From Myxococcota bacterium (GTDB lineage: Bacteria; Myxococcota_A; Polyangia; Polyangiales; Houyiibacteriaceae), in contig JBCCEA010000001.1 of assembly GCA_039030515.1 (NCBI GenBank), positions 189,184-253,183 of the forward strand: 64,000 nucleotides of DNA, read 5' to 3'. Under the pieces are notes generated by a model. The model was not told the DNA's origin and made no database searches. It saw only the letters and a list, made by a program, of their open reading frames with translations. Below, in pieces: positions 1-16,945 of the stretch (within the stretch, counting starts at the first letter, position 1; every line of letters starts with the position of its first letter). The position numbers and the translations under genes were made by a program.

Positions 1-54
1 CAGCGCGTCGAAGTCCTTGTCGGTGTAGTCCACCGCCTCGGGGAGAAGGTTCAT
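1..54 (-). CDS. Baseplate J-like (wedge) protein, N-terminus only; runs off window
   Basis: ATG at 54 overlaps the gp25 stop; translates [18 protein letters not shown], a DYTxKDF-type start typical of baseplate J/gp47 proteins. Confidence 0.7.
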   Translation of the reverse strand, partial: MNLLPEAVDYTDKDFDAL

Positions 55-443
55 GGGCGCACCTCCGCCGCAGCCTCGGCGCCGGTGGCCTTGTCGCGCA
101 CCCGCAGGCGCAGGACGAGTGAGGCGTCCTCGCGCGTCACCTGGAGGGCCACGAGCCGCGCGCTCGGGACCCAGCGGGCCAGGGCGTCGCGGACGTAGAC
201 ACGGGCCAGCTCGGCGAGGACCTCGTCGTTGCGCTGGTGGCGAAGCAGGTGCAGCCCCGCGCCGAAGCTCGTGCGCCATGGCAGCTCGCCCGACGAGCGC
301 GGCGTGGCGCCCTCGGTCATCAGGGCTTGCAGGACCTTGCTGCGCAGCAGCTCGGCCCCGCTCCCCGACGCGAAGTCGCGCTTGCGGTCGCGGCGGAACG
401 GCGTGAGCAGCCCGTGGAGCTCGTTCATCGCGTCCTCCATCAC
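51..443 (-). CDS. Baseplate wedge protein, gp25/GPW family
   Basis: [13 protein letters not shown] and [12 protein letters not shown] motifs, 130 aa, synteny. Confidence 0.85.
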   Translation of the reverse strand: MMEDAMNELHGLLTPFRRDRKRDFASGSGAELLRSKVLQALMTEGATPRSSGELPWRTSFGAGLHLLRHQRNDEVLAELARVYVRDALARWVPSARLVALQVTREDASLVLRLRVRDKATGAEAAAEVRP

Positions 444-1114
444 GGCACCGGCACCGCGTCGCGGACGCCCTGGAGCGTCTCGATGATGGCGTCGATGGGC
501 GCGATCGCATCGTCGAGCGGCCGGCCCGCGAGGTCGGAGAGATCGGGCACCTCGGGCCCGCCCACCATGCCGAGGAAGAGGTTAAGCAGCCCGATGAGCT
601 TGCCGAGCGACGCGAGGCTCTTGCCAACATTGGCGGCCTCCTGGGCGACGTTGGCCTGAGCGCAGCTGGTGATCGCCATCAGGCCCGCGTCCTCGAGCTC
701 GGTGGCGCGGTCGATGGCGCCGAGGATCTGGACCATCTGCTGCTGCAGGTGCAGGAGCTGGCTGCGCGCCTGCCGGAGCGTGTCGATGACCAGGTCGATG
801 ATCCCGATGATCGTGTACGGAAGCGACAGCTGCGGGATGAGCCGCAGCAGCGCGTTCACCTTCTCGGCGAGCTCGGGGATACAGGCCGCGATGGCGGTCG
901 GATCCGGCGGCGGCCCGAGTGTGTCCGGGATGGCCTTGATGCAGTTGAAGACCGCGACGACGGTGTCGATGATGTTGAACAGCGGCACCAACGGCGTGAG
1001 CGCCGGCTGGATCACCTCCATCAGGTTGATGTGCTCCATCGTCACGCCGCCGGGCAGCGTGATCTGGAAGGGGTCGGGGATCTCTGGGATCTCGATGCAG
1101 ATGGGCAGCGGCAC
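440..1114 (-). CDS. Hypothetical baseplate-region protein
   Basis: 224-aa ORF overlapping the gp25 start, between spike and gp25. Confidence 0.7.
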   Translation of the reverse strand: MPLPICIEIPEIPDPFQITLPGGVTMEHINLMEVIQPALTPLVPLFNIIDTVVAVFNCIKAIPDTLGPPPDPTAIAACIPELAEKVNALLRLIPQLSLPYTIIGIIDLVIDTLRQARSQLLHLQQQMVQILGAIDRATELEDAGLMAITSCAQANVAQEAANVGKSLASLGKLIGLLNLFLGMVGGPEVPDLSDLAGRPLDDAIAPIDAIIETLQGVRDAVPVP

Positions 1115-1123
1115 GTCGTCCTC

Positions 1124-1705
1124 CTAGATCGGGTCCGCGATGGGTCGGACGACGCGGCCCGCGATGGTGACCTGCAGCCCCTCGATGCTGATGGCGCCGA
1201 CAGCTCGGAGGGTCAGCGCGCTCGTGGCCTCGAGGGTCACGCTGTTCTCCTCGGCGTCGAACACGAGGTGGTCGCCGGTCTTCTTGTTGGTCAGCTTCAG
1301 GCGGCGCGCGTCCTTCGACTCGTCGAGCTCGACGCGGAAGGTGGGCGTTGCGAGCACGCGGTTGTCGGGCGGGTCCTTCTGCGCCTCCTCGGGGACCTCG
1401 CTCTCGCCGTCCGGCTTCCCCCAGTGGGCCGAGAGGTAGTACGGCGCGTCGACGTCGCCCTGGTTGAAGAACACCGCGACCTCCGCCCCCTCCTCGGGCA
1501 CCGCGAAGAGCCCCCGGTCCTTGAAGCCGCCGCCGGCCGTGCCGAGCGGCCACGCCCAGCCGCTGTGCGGCTCGACCACGCCGGGGATGCACACCCGCAC
1601 GCGCCCGAGCTGGTCGGGGTCGCGCCGGTGCGTGACGTAGCCGACGTACATCCCGAGCAGGCGGGTGTCGTGGCGGCGGATGTCGTCGTCGAAGGTCGAG
1701 AACAC
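1124..1705 (-). CDS. Baseplate assembly protein V / Gp5-VgrG OB-fold spike
   Basis: [14 protein letters not shown] and [15 protein letters not shown] motifs. Confidence 0.9.
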   Translation of the reverse strand: MFSTFDDDIRRHDTRLLGMYVGYVTHRRDPDQLGRVRVCIPGVVEPHSGWAWPLGTAGGGFKDRGLFAVPEEGAEVAVFFNQGDVDAPYYLSAHWGKPDGESEVPEEAQKDPPDNRVLATPTFRVELDESKDARRLKLTNKKTGDHLVFDAEENSVTLEATSALTLRAVGAISIEGLQVTIAGRVVRPIADPI

Positions 1706-1707
1706 GG

Positions 1708-2994
1708 TCAGCTCCCTCCCGCGTCGAGCGGCACGCTCATCTGGGCCTCGGGGTCCTCGGCGCCGATCGGCTGCCCGTCGCGGCGGTACTCGACGCGGGT
1801 GGCGCCCGTGTCGGGGTCCACCACCTCCACCTCGGTCATCGAGCCGCCGGCGCTGGGCTCGCTCCGGTTCCGCTCGCCGCGCTGCTCCTGGGCCACCTGG
1901 CGGGCGCGGCGGCCGCTCCCGTCGCGGGTGAGCTTGAGCTCGCAGACGTAGCCCGAGGACGAGACGACGTGCTTGACGTCGGTGACGTAGTACTTGCCGG
2001 AGAGCAGCCCGGAGATGCCACGCACCTCGACGATGTTCTTCGCGTGCAGGGTCGGGTCGCCCACCACGCGCATCGAGAGCTTCACCGTCCCCCGCTCGGA
2101 GCGGCGAAACCGAGCCTGCGCCTCCCGGCCGGCGCGCTCGCTCGTCGGGGCCGACGTGGGCGCGACGGTGGCCGTCGCGTTGCGGGTCTCCAGCGTGGTC
2201 GCCCCGGTCTCGGGGTCCACCACCTCGACGACCTCGGCGAGGGTCTCGCGCTCGGCGGTGTCGTTGTTGACCGTCTCCTCGATGGTGCTGCGCGTGAGCG
2301 GGTCCCGGCCGCGCACGGTGACCCGGCCCGCCCGGCGCCCGAGGTCGCTCTCGACGTTGACCGAGAGCACGTCGCCACGCCCCGGATCGGCGTACCAGGT
2401 GAAGACGTGGGTGGGCGCGGCGCTCTGCCGGCGCTCGTGGAAGTGGAAGCCGCCGTCGTCGACGTAGAACTCGAACTCTTCGCGGCTCGCAAGGCGCCGC
2501 AGGAAGCGGGCGTCGGTCTCGCCGGTCTGGTTGATGACCTCGAGCACCTCGCGGGTGTCCTCGACGTCGACCAGGGTGCCCTCGTACCCGTGTTCTTCCG
2601 CGACGGCCCTGGCGACGTCGGCGCGGCTCATGTTCTCGAAGACGCGGGTCTTCGACTCCCGGTCCATGAGCACGCTGGTGGCGCGGCCCTCCAGGGTGAG
2701 CGTCGTGAAGCCCTTGAGCTTGCGGACGACCACACGGCGCGGCGGCGCCATGTTGCCCGGATATCCCCAGCTCACCTCGAGCACGGCCCCGCCCGCGATG
2801 TCCTCGCGGTCGAAGAGCGAGAGGTCAAAGTTGTCGAGCTGGATGGAGACCTGGTCGGCCTTGCGCTCGGCGTCCTCGAAGGTGAACGCGATGATGCGGT
2901 CGCCCAGGTCGAGGGGCTCGCCGCCCTCGGCCTGCTCGTCGGGGAGCAGCGTGATGCGGACGCCGGGGGCGCTGCGGTCGAGGATGGGGTTCAT
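1708..2994 (-). CDS. Phage late control D / baseplate hub protein
   Basis: Start reassigned to ATG 2994 (MNPILDRS); [14 protein letters not shown] and [12 protein letters not shown] motifs. Confidence 0.85.
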   Translation of the reverse strand: MNPILDRSAPGVRITLLPDEQAEGGEPLDLGDRIIAFTFEDAERKADQVSIQLDNFDLSLFDREDIAGGAVLEVSWGYPGNMAPPRRVVVRKLKGFTTLTLEGRATSVLMDRESKTRVFENMSRADVARAVAEEHGYEGTLVDVEDTREVLEVINQTGETDARFLRRLASREEFEFYVDDGGFHFHERRQSAAPTHVFTWYADPGRGDVLSVNVESDLGRRAGRVTVRGRDPLTRSTIEETVNNDTAERETLAEVVEVVDPETGATTLETRNATATVAPTSAPTSERAGREAQARFRRSERGTVKLSMRVVGDPTLHAKNIVEVRGISGLLSGKYYVTDVKHVVSSSGYVCELKLTRDGSGRRARQVAQEQRGERNRSEPSAGGSMTEVEVVDPDTGATRVEYRRDGQPIGAEDPEAQMSVPLDAGGS

Positions 2995-3329
2995 GCCGCC
3001 CTCCGCCGCTGCTCGGAGAGGATGACGTCGGTGAGCACCCGGACCGACGGGACGAAGAGCACGCGCCCGGGCTCGAGCACCAGCGTCGGGTCGACGATGG
3101 GATCGGGCTGGAAGTCGGCGATGACCCACCAGAAGCCGCAGGCTCGGGGCAGCGGCGCGAAGTGGCGCCCGGCGAGCCCCCACAGGGAGTCGCCCTGCAC
3201 GACGGTGTGCCGCCGGGTGTCGGCGAGCTCGCGGTAGCCGTAGGGCTCGCGCTCGCTGAGGAAGAGGCGGCCCGCCTCGTCGCGGGTGCCGAACGTGAAG
3301 CTGTGCCGGGAGCCGGACTTCGGGGGCAT
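2991..3329 (-). CDS. LysM/tail X-like baseplate protein
   Basis: Start ATG 3329; HTVVQGDSLWGLAGRHF...WWVIADF LysM-like motif. Confidence 0.85.
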   Translation of the reverse strand: MPPKSGSRHSFTFGTRDEAGRLFLSEREPYGYRELADTRRHTVVQGDSLWGLAGRHFAPLPRACGFWWVIADFQPDPIVDPTLVLEPGRVLFVPSVRVLTDVILSEQRRRAA

Positions 3330-3331
3330 GG

Positions 3332-3832
3332 TCAGACCTCCTCCCGCAGGGCCTCGGAGGTGACCCGCACGTCGAGGATCTCCTCGAAGTTGACGTTGGC
3401 GGCGTAGACCAGGGCCCGACCGTCGTTGCCGAACTGGCGGTACTGGAACTCGACGCCGGTGAGCACCGCCTCGACCGTGAGCACGCCCGGCCAGATGAAG
3501 AGCGTGCGCGGGGGCGCCGTCGCGGCGACCCCCTCGGTGGCCTCGGGCGGGACGGTCAGCGCCCGCAGGAAGGCGCGGAAGTCCATGATGTCGACGTCGC
3601 CCGGCTGCTCGGCGGCGAAGGTGCGGTCGAGGTAGAACTCCACCGCGCTGAGCTCCCGGTTGCCGGTGCTCTGGTACTGGAGCACCTGGTGCGAGAGCCC
3701 GGGCACGGCGAGGCGGTTCCAGTTGACCTGCACCTTCTCGACGAGCTGCGTCGGGTTGAACAGGCACTCGATGGACTCGCCGGTCACGACGTTGACCAGG
3801 GAGCAGCGCGGCGGGCGGGTGTCGAAGGTCAT
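3332..3832 (-). CDS. Tail tube initiator (CIS-tube/gpU-like)
   Basis: [11 protein letters not shown] and PPRTLFIW motifs; follows tape measure. Confidence 0.75.
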   Translation of the reverse strand: MTFDTRPPRCSLVNVVTGESIECLFNPTQLVEKVQVNWNRLAVPGLSHQVLQYQSTGNRELSAVEFYLDRTFAAEQPGDVDIMDFRAFLRALTVPPEATEGVAATAPPRTLFIWPGVLTVEAVLTGVEFQYRQFGNDGRALVYAANVNFEEILDVRVTSEALREEV

Positions 3833-3845
3833 CCAGCGCTCCTCT

Positions 3846-6659
<2,814 letters not shown>

Positions 6660-6665
6660 GTCCGT

Positions 6666-6857
6666 CTACCTTCGTCTGCCTGCCTTCTCGATCTCGCGTG
6701 CCTCGCGTTCGCGTTGCTGCCCGATGCGCTCGAGCAGCCAGTCCCGGTCTGCGGTGGAGAGCTCGAGCGCCTCGGCGAGCGTGGCCCCGAGCCCGGAGCC
6801 GCCGTGCTGTCGCCAGCACAGCTGGAAGAGCCCCTCGCGCCAGCCCTCCAGGCTCAC
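6666..6857 (-). CDS. Second tail assembly chaperone segment (T of a G/GT pair)
   Basis: Small ORF between chaperone and tape measure, in the -1 frame of the upstream gene; GTG at 6857 overlaps the upstream TGA. Confidence 0.7.
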   Translation of the reverse strand: MSLEGWREGLFQLCWRQHGGSGLGATLAEALELSTADRDWLLERIGQQREREAREIEKAGRRR

Positions 6858-7627
6858 GCGAGGGAGGAGCTGGTGCGGTCCCGCCGCCTCGCCGTCCTCG
6901 CCTTCCCAGGCAGGAAGAAGCCCCGGTCGAAAGGGAGCTCGACCTCCTGGAGCGTGAAGCACTCGGGGCACTCGACCTCGATGGCCGTGTCCACGCCGCA
7001 GTCGACCCGGTCGAACTCGTCGACCAGGAAGTCGGCGTCCCGCATGCTGAGGTCCTCGAGGAAGCGGCGCTTGTCCTTGGGCGAGACGCACTCGACCTCG
7101 ACGACGCGCCAGCCGAGCATGGCGGAGAGGATCCGCTCGCCGGCGTTGCGGCGGAGCTGCGGCAGCTTGCGCTCGTCGGCGCCGGTGAAGAGCCGGAACC
7201 ACACGCGGACGCCGGCGTCGGGCAGCGTGGTCTCGAAGCGGTTCCCGTCGGTGAAGGCGGCGCGGCTCTCGTCGGTCAGGGGCCGGACCGGCAGCTCGGT
7301 CAGGTCGAGCTCCCACTCGAAGCGGGCGCGGCACCCCTCGTTCTGGCAGCCGAGGGAGAAGGCGTAGGTCGGCCCGTAGGTCAGCGCCCGCACCTGCAGG
7401 AGCGCGAAGAAGCGGTCGCCCTGGAGCACCGCGCCCCAGTCGATGTCCTTGTCACCGAAATCGTAGGGCCCCGGCTCGAGCGTTTCCTCCCAACACGCGC
7501 CGAGCAGCGCGTCGACCTGCCCGCCGCTCTTGGCGAGCTTCCGGTCGGCCAGGACCCTCTCCTCGCGGACCTTCATGCCGCGGATGCGGCCCGTGAGCCC
7601 CGATGGGCAGGTGATGACGTGGGACAT
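6854..7627 (-). CDS. Tail assembly chaperone (T4 gp26/baseplate-hub-like, CxxC motifs)
   Basis: Between tube and tape measure; [16 protein letters not shown] and CPEC motifs. Confidence 0.75.
   Translation of the reverse strand: MSHVITCPSGLTGRIRGMKVREERVLADRKLAKSGGQVDALLGACWEETLEPGPYDFGDKDIDWGAVLQGDRFFALLQVRALTYGPTYAFSLGCQNEGCRARFEWELDLTELPVRPLTDESRAAFTDGNRFETTLPDAGVRVWFRLFTGADERKLPQLRRNAGERILSAMLGWRVVEVECVSPKDKRRFLEDLSMRDADFLVDEFDRVDCGVDTAIEVECPECFTLQEVELPFDRGFFLPGKARTARRRDRTSSSLA
6929..6935 (-). other. Candidate -1 programmed frameshift heptamer C CCT TTC
   Basis: X XXY YYZ in the correct frame of the chaperone; the -1 frame stays open to 6666. Confidence 0.55.
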
Positions 7628-7683
7628 GCGCTCTCCTCCGATGAGACGGGTCGTCGGAGGACGGCAGGTGCACGGCCTCCATC

Positions 7684-7715
7684 GGAGTAGAGCCGAGGAT
7701 GTGGGGGCGTGGGAC
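7684..7715 (-). promoter_or_regulatory. Phage bipartite promoter-like motif, copy 1 (GTCCCA-N14-CGGCTCTACTCC)
   Basis: One of six copies; 56 nt upstream of ATG 7627. Confidence 0.7.
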
Positions 7716-7780
7716 GGTTGACTCGCTGCGAGTCGTTGCGTGATCTCTGCAGGAACGCACCGAAGCGGATGGAGACTTCT

Positions 7781-8203
7781 ATGGATCGCAACGCGCTAAC
7801 CGGAAGCTGGGTCGAAGCAGCTCAGAGCGGGTCGCTTCTGACCGCGAAGCACGACCCGAACAACCTGTCGATCACCTTTGCTCGATACCGAACCGTTCTC
7901 GACCACGCCGTCTCAGCCAGCCTGGAGTCGTTCATCTCATCGGGCGAATACGACATCACGAAGTATGAGGATGCGCGATACCCGAACGGTGCGGGGTACT
8001 TCGAGGTCACGCCCAAGCCGGCAAGCGGCTTCACAGTCGTGGGGTCAGCCGTCCCGTCCGGTTCTGTCACCCCTACGGGAAGCCTTGACCGACTCGTGTT
8101 CGTGTCTGGCAGCCAGCAAGGCTGGCATGTCTACGCCGAGAGCTCGGCGCAGATCTCCGGCAGCGTCACCAGCGGACGTCTCACCCGAAGCGGCAGCATC
8201 TAG
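7781..8203 (+). CDS. Hypothetical moron, counter-oriented in the tail operon
   Basis: GGAG before ATG 7781; less GC-rich codon usage; stop abuts the tail tube stop. Confidence 0.65.
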   Translation: MDRNALTGSWVEAAQSGSLLTAKHDPNNLSITFARYRTVLDHAVSASLESFISSGEYDITKYEDARYPNGAGYFEVTPKPASGFTVVGSAVPSGSVTPTGSLDRLVFVSGSQQGWHVYAESSAQISGSVTSGRLTRSGSI

Positions 8204-8665
<462 letters not shown>

Positions 8666-8677
8666 GGGTCGTCCTCC

Positions 8678-10881
<2,204 letters not shown>

Positions 10882-10885
<4 letters not shown>

Positions 10886-11211
10886 CGGCTTCCTCCTCGC
10901 TTGCGGCGGGCCCGCTTGTCGCGGGACCCGGACTTCGGCGAGCGCGCGGGCTCAGCCGGGGGCTTGGGTTCCTTCTTGTGCACCTCGAGGTCTCCGCGGC
11001 CGGCGGCGGCGAGGACCTCGGGCGCGGCGAGCACGGCCTCGGGTAGCGCTGTGGTGGCGTGTCCTGCCGGCAGCGTGATGGACCGGCACACGGCGCGGCC
11101 TCGCGGGTCTCGCGGAGGCACGCACATGCAGGTGTCTTCGGTGCACACGAATCGGTGCGGCAGGTTGAGCGCCAGGCAGCGGCCGCTCCGGTTGATGAGG
11201 GTCACGGTCAT
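10882..11211 (-). CDS. Hypothetical protein
   Basis: ATGA overlaps on both sides within the operon. Confidence 0.65.
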
Positions 11212-12113
11212 GGCGCGCCTCCGATGGGGGTGGCGTCGAGCTCGGGCGCGTCGGCGACCGCCTTGCCCAGGTCCATGGGCAGGCCCTCGTCGATGTCGAA
11301 GCCCCGGACGAGGAGCCCGCAGGTGAACACCCGGATCTCGTCGCGGCCGCGCAGGTTCGTGCGGAAGTCTCCGTCGGGATCCATCTCCCAGCGGACCGCG
11401 CCGAGCTCGGGGCGAGCGGGGTCACGCAGCAGCTCGAGCCAGCGGTTGCGGTTGAGGAACGACGCGACCGTCGCCATCAGGTTGAGCAGCTCGGCGGTAC
11501 GGTCCGACGCGGCGGTCAGGGTGAAGGCGAGGTCGACGGTGTAGGCCGGGCGGCGGCGCTGGAGCTCGGGGCCGCTCACGCCAGCGACCACGTCCTCGTG
11601 GGGGACGTTGCTCGCGTAGAAGCGGCTGGCACGGACCGTCGGCCCGGAGAGCACCAGGGACGGCAGGGTCGCCATCGTTACGACGCGGAGCTGGTCCTCG
11701 GGGGTGGCGTCGTAGTCGAGCGCCACCGTCATGCTCGTGTTCTCGACGACCTGCGACTTGAGCATCCGCAGCAGCGTGCGGACGAGCCGGGTCACGGTGG
11801 CCTCGGCCACGATGGCCGTGCGCTCGAAACGGTACGCGTCGGCGACGGTCACCGCCTCGCCCGGCACCGGAACACCGGCGGCGTCGAGGTTCTCGAGGGT
11901 GACCGGGACCAGCGCCTCGGGGTGCGCCGGCGTGCGCACGTCGGCGATCCACAGGCCCGCCTCCTGACGGACCGAGAGGACCTGGCCGGGGACGGCGCCG
12001 AAGCGCACCGCGACCTGGGGCGCGTAGCTCTGTCCGATCAGGCGGACGAGGTCTCCGCCGCTCGTGGGGCCGGCGGCGGGCGTGATGGTGTCGAGGAGCG
12101 GGACCGCCATCAC
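11208..12113 (-). CDS. IPT/TIG domain plus tail terminator-like protein
   Basis: [24 protein letters not shown] start; position before the sheath gene. Confidence 0.65.
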   Translation of the reverse strand: MMAVPLLDTITPAAGPTSGGDLVRLIGQSYAPQVAVRFGAVPGQVLSVRQEAGLWIADVRTPAHPEALVPVTLENLDAAGVPVPGEAVTVADAYRFERTAIVAEATVTRLVRTLLRMLKSQVVENTSMTVALDYDATPEDQLRVVTMATLPSLVLSGPTVRASRFYASNVPHEDVVAGVSGPELQRRRPAYTVDLAFTLTAASDRTAELLNLMATVASFLNRNRWLELLRDPARPELGAVRWEMDPDGDFRTNLRGRDEIRVFTCGLLVRGFDIDEGLPMDLGKAVADAPELDATPIGGAP

Positions 12114-12706
12114 GCCCCTCCCATACCGGTGAGCGCCGCGACGCGGGCCAGGAAGCGCCGCTGGGCACCCGGCTTGAACTTCTCGAAGGCGGGCCGCAGG
12201 AAGGGCCGCGCTGGAACCTGGACGACGACCACGCCGCGCCCGCTGCCTCCACCGATCGGCTCGCCCGCCTCGCGCAGCACGGCGAAGACGAGGCGCCGCA
12301 TGGCGTCGGTCATGGGGATGACGATGGGGGCCGAGCCAAACTCCTGGACCTCGGCGATCTTGGTCAGGCTCTGCCCGTCCTTGCCGCGGGCCGTCCGGGG
12401 CACGCCGACGAACGCCTCGTCGCCGCGGACGATGGCCGCGACGCCGTTGCGGAGATCGGCCCGGACGATGAGTGACTTGCTCCCGCCGAAGCCCTTCAGG
12501 CGTCGCGCGGCGAGCGTCGTCTCCTTCGGCGGCGCGATGGCCGAGCCGCCCGGCGCCTGCCGGGTGAGCCCTTGCACGATCTCGCGCCGGAGCGCCTCGG
12601 CCTCCTGGCGCATCGCGACGGCGATGGCGGCCTTGAGCTGCACGGGTCCCGCCGCGAGCAGCGCCCGGGCGCGCCTCCAGTCGCCGGTCTTAGTCACCGT
12701 GGTCAT
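12110..12706 (-). CDS. Tail completion / virion morphogenesis protein
   Basis: IAEVQEFG and [11 protein letters not shown] motifs. Confidence 0.85.
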   Translation of the reverse strand: MTTVTKTGDWRRARALLAAGPVQLKAAIAVAMRQEAEALRREIVQGLTRQAPGGSAIAPPKETTLAARRLKGFGGSKSLIVRADLRNGVAAIVRGDEAFVGVPRTARGKDGQSLTKIAEVQEFGSAPIVIPMTDAMRRLVFAVLREAGEPIGGGSGRGVVVVQVPARPFLRPAFEKFKPGAQRRFLARVAALTGMGGA

Positions 12707-13314
12707 GCGACGCCCCGGTGCTCGAGCTGCGGCGCGTGCTGCCGGAGCCAGGCCACCGCGACCTTCGACGCGGGCGTGATGAGGCCGCCGGCCTTCACCG
12801 TTCGCGCGGCGGCGATCAGCGTCGTCTCGGCGACGTCGATGTCGGCCTCGCGCACGCCGTAGCTGCGCAGGCGCTCGGCGAGCTCACGGGGGCTCCGGAT
12901 GGTGCCCGTGTGCCAGTGGTGAAGCTCGAGGTTGCAGCGGTAGGCGTCGGCCTCGTAGGCCGCCCGGGCCGCGCGGCTGGACAGGTAGCGGAGCGCGAAG
13001 GTGAAGGTGCCGTCGCGGTCCTGCTGCTCGACGTGCTGGTGCTCGTGGACGCAGATGACCATCTGGCTCCACAGGCCGTGGCGAGGCGTCGGCGTGCCAG
13101 GGGTGAACGGCACGTAGATCCGCCGCCCGATGGTCGTGGTGAAGCGCTCGAGGAGGGTCGCCGCGTCGAGCACGCCGATCCGCTCGAGGAACCAGCCGAC
13201 GAGGCGCATCTCGGCCGCGCTCGACTTGTCGATGATGCGGGTCCCGTAGCGGGCCTGCATCGCGTCCCAGAACGCGGTGACCTGCGCGGCGGTCGGGTCG
13301 CTGGCCATGCTCAC
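12703..13314 (-). CDS. Putative zinc metallopeptidase (HExxH)
   Basis: VHEHQHVEQ with downstream YEADAY. Confidence 0.6.
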   Translation of the reverse strand: MSMASDPTAAQVTAFWDAMQARYGTRIIDKSSAAEMRLVGWFLERIGVLDAATLLERFTTTIGRRIYVPFTPGTPTPRHGLWSQMVICVHEHQHVEQQDRDGTFTFALRYLSSRAARAAYEADAYRCNLELHHWHTGTIRSPRELAERLRSYGVREADIDVAETTLIAAARTVKAGGLITPASKVAVAWLRQHAPQLEHRGVA

Positions 13315-13583
13315 TCCTCCTCCGCCGGGCAGGCGACGTCAGGGGGCAGGCATGCATGACCAGCCGGGCCGAGCTCGTCGGCCGGGACCGCGCAGCACAC
13401 CCACGCCGGCTCGTCCGCGCCCACCACGCCCGCGCAGTCCTCGGCGGGCGACCACCGCCCGTCGGCGTCGCAGACCTCGACGAAGCTGCCAGCGCAGCGG
13501 GTCTCGGTCGGCGTGCAGACGTGCATGGGCCCGCAGGCACAGAGCGTGGCGGTGAAGGCGGCGGTGGCGATCAGGTGCTTCAT
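13311..13583 (-). CDS. Cys-rich putative lipoprotein
   Basis: Signal peptide [17 protein letters not shown] with lipobox-like Cys; many further Cys. Confidence 0.65.
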   Translation of the reverse strand: MKHLIATAAFTATLCACGPMHVCTPTETRCAGSFVEVCDADGRWSPAEDCAGVVGADEPAWVCCAVPADELGPAGHACLPPDVACPAEEE

Positions 13584-14116
13584 TCGACCCTCGTGGGCGC
13601 GAGCTGCCGGGCCTCGAAGGTCACGAGCAGCAGGTTGCGACGGGGTCGGCTTCGGCCCAGCCCGAACCCGCGCGGCTGTGCCTGGTTCACGTAGAGCCCG
13701 GGCGGCGTGCGGATGGTCTGGACGAGCAGTCCTCCAAGGTCATAGAGCCCGGCGAGCCGATCGTTGGGACGGATGAGCGCGTCGCCGGTGGTCGCGTCGA
13801 CCAGGCCGAGCCGCTCGAGGTCCTTGAAGTGGAAGACCAGGCTGATGTCGGAGCGCGGCGAGTCGCCGCTCGCCAACATCCGGAGGTCCTCGAAGACCCT
13901 CGGCTCGACCTGGCACGGCACCCGGATCGCGGGCAGCTCGGTACGCTCGCGCTCGGCGACGCCGTCGCCGTCGCGGTCGACGAGGACCGGCTCCTTGAAG
14001 TCCGGGTCGAAGCCGCCGGTCAGCGGGCCCGCCCCGTCGGGGTCGGCGCTCGCCATCGCCGCGGTGTCCAGCCGGCGCAGCTCGGCCAGGAACGGGAAGA
14101 TGAGCCGGCCGCGCAT
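13580..14116 (-). CDS. Putative head-closure protein
   Basis: Start ATG 14116 (TGATG overlap); position after the adaptor. Confidence 0.6.
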   Translation of the reverse strand: MRGRLIFPFLAELRRLDTAAMASADPDGAGPLTGGFDPDFKEPVLVDRDGDGVAERERTELPAIRVPCQVEPRVFEDLRMLASGDSPRSDISLVFHFKDLERLGLVDATTGDALIRPNDRLAGLYDLGGLLVQTIRTPPGLYVNQAQPRGFGLGRSRPRRNLLLVTFEARQLAPTRVE

Positions 14117-14748
14117 CAGGCCGCCCCCATCGGCGCGGGGCGCCGGTAGCGCAGCAAGATGGCGTCGAGCTCCGGGTCGCCGGTCGGGCCACCGCCGCTG
14201 CCGGGGCGGTCGAGCTTGTAGCTCTGGTCGCGGGTGCGCTCCTCGATGATCCGCCAGCGGTTGCGGGCGTCGAAGCCACCGTCGTCGGCCAGCGGGTGCA
14301 GCCAGCGCAGCACGAGGAGGATGCACGCGCGGCGGATGGCGGCCGGGGTGCGCCCCTCCGCGGTCCCGTCGGGCTCGGTGTAGCCGAAGAGCCCAAGGGC
14401 CACGACGTTGCCGTGGCCGCGAGGGAAGCAACCGAGGCGGCGGGTCAGCCGGGGCGCGTCGAAGCCCGGTTCCACCGGCGCCCCGACGACGATCAGCTCG
14501 TCGGCGGAGAGCGAGATGTCCGCGCCGTCGATGGCGACGCGGTCGAGGTGGATGGGCGGCGCCGGCAGCTCGAGCGAGGGCGCGCCACGGCCGTCGAGGG
14601 TCAGCGTCAGCGGGCGCGGCTCGAAGAACCACCCGGTGACGCGATCGATCTCGGCGGTGGCGGCGTCGATGAGCGCCTCGAGGCGGGCGTCATCGGCCTG
14701 TGCCACGGTGACGCCCTCGGCGCGCAGATCGGCGACGGTGGCGTACAC
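14116..14748 (-). CDS. Head-tail adaptor/connector protein
   Basis: [22 protein letters not shown] and ILLRYRR motifs. Confidence 0.8.
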   Translation of the reverse strand: MYATVADLRAEGVTVAQADDARLEALIDAATAEIDRVTGWFFEPRPLTLTLDGRGAPSLELPAPPIHLDRVAIDGADISLSADELIVVGAPVEPGFDAPRLTRRLGCFPRGHGNVVALGLFGYTEPDGTAEGRTPAAIRRACILLVLRWLHPLADDGGFDARNRWRIIEERTRDQSYKLDRPGSGGGPTGDPELDAILLRYRRPAPMGAA

Positions 14749-14757
14749 CGGGTCCTC

Positions 14758-15123
<366 letters not shown>

Positions 15124-15141
15124 CGGTCAGTTCTCCATGGC

Positions 15142-16080
<939 letters not shown>

Positions 16081-16093
16081 GGGCGGGGGCTCC

Positions 16094-16945
16094 TTACAGG
16101 TCGTGAAAGGAGACCGCCTTGTCGACGCTCTCCCGATCCATCGGGTTGTTGAGGTCCATCGGCCAGCCCACCTCCTCGGGCGCGGCCTTGCGCACCGATT
16201 CGGGGCTCTGGCTGCTGTTGGGCAGGCCGAACTGCTTCTCGACGCGAGTGAGCCGCTGCTGCTGCTCCTTGACCGTGTCGGCCAGCGCCCGGAACGAGTC
16301 CCCCATCGCGGCGAGCGTGGTGGTGAGCTCGTCGGGCAGCTTCGCCGGCGCCTCGGTCGGCGCGGCCGTGGCCTCGGTCTCAGGCTCCGATGCTGGCGCG
16401 CTCGTCAGCGCTGCGAGCTGGGTCAGCGCCGCGCGGGCGGCCTGGAGGTGGTCGGCGAAGGCGTCGCCGTCCTTGGCGTCCGAGGGCTCCTCGGTCGGCT
16501 CCGTGTCCGTGTCGCCTCCGCCGGTCGCCGCCGGCTCCACGCCCGCGCGGGCGAGCAGCGCCTCGGCGGTCGCCTTGAGCTCGGTCGCCAGCGGCGCGAG
16601 CCGGGCGTCGGCCGCCTGGGCTCCCATCGCGCCGAGCAGCTCGACCGTGCTGGTCAGCCCCTCGAGCGCCGCCACGGCGGTGGCGAGGAGCGGATCCGGC
16701 GCGGTCGACTCGGGCTGATCGTCCGAGGTGGTGGCAGGCGCCCCCTCTTCGGGGGCGGGCGCATCGGCCGAGGGCTCGGCGCCTTGCTCCTGGGTGTCGG
16801 TGTCGGCGTGATCGGCCATGGGCGTGTCCCTCTTCACGATGAGAAAGCGGTGCTCGTTCGCCGCGCGGTCCACGAGCGAGACCTCCTCGACGACGATGTC
16901 GAGCAGGCGGTTGACGGATCGGTCGGCCTTGCGCGGGTCACTCAT
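16094..16945 (-). CDS. Putative capsid scaffolding protein with N-terminal [10 protein letters not shown] motif
   Basis: Acidic/Ala-rich, coiled-coil C-terminus, directly before the capsid gene. Confidence 0.7.
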   Translation of the reverse strand: MSDPRKADRSVNRLLDIVVEEVSLVDRAANEHRFLIVKRDTPMADHADTDTQEQGAEPSADAPAPEEGAPATTSDDQPESTAPDPLLATAVAALEGLTSTVELLGAMGAQAADARLAPLATELKATAEALLARAGVEPAATGGGDTDTEPTEEPSDAKDGDAFADHLQAARAALTQLAALTSAPASEPETEATAAPTEAPAKLPDELTTTLAAMGDSFRALADTVKEQQQRLTRVEKQFGLPNSSQSPESVRKAAPEEVGWPMDLNNPMDRESVDKAVSFHDL

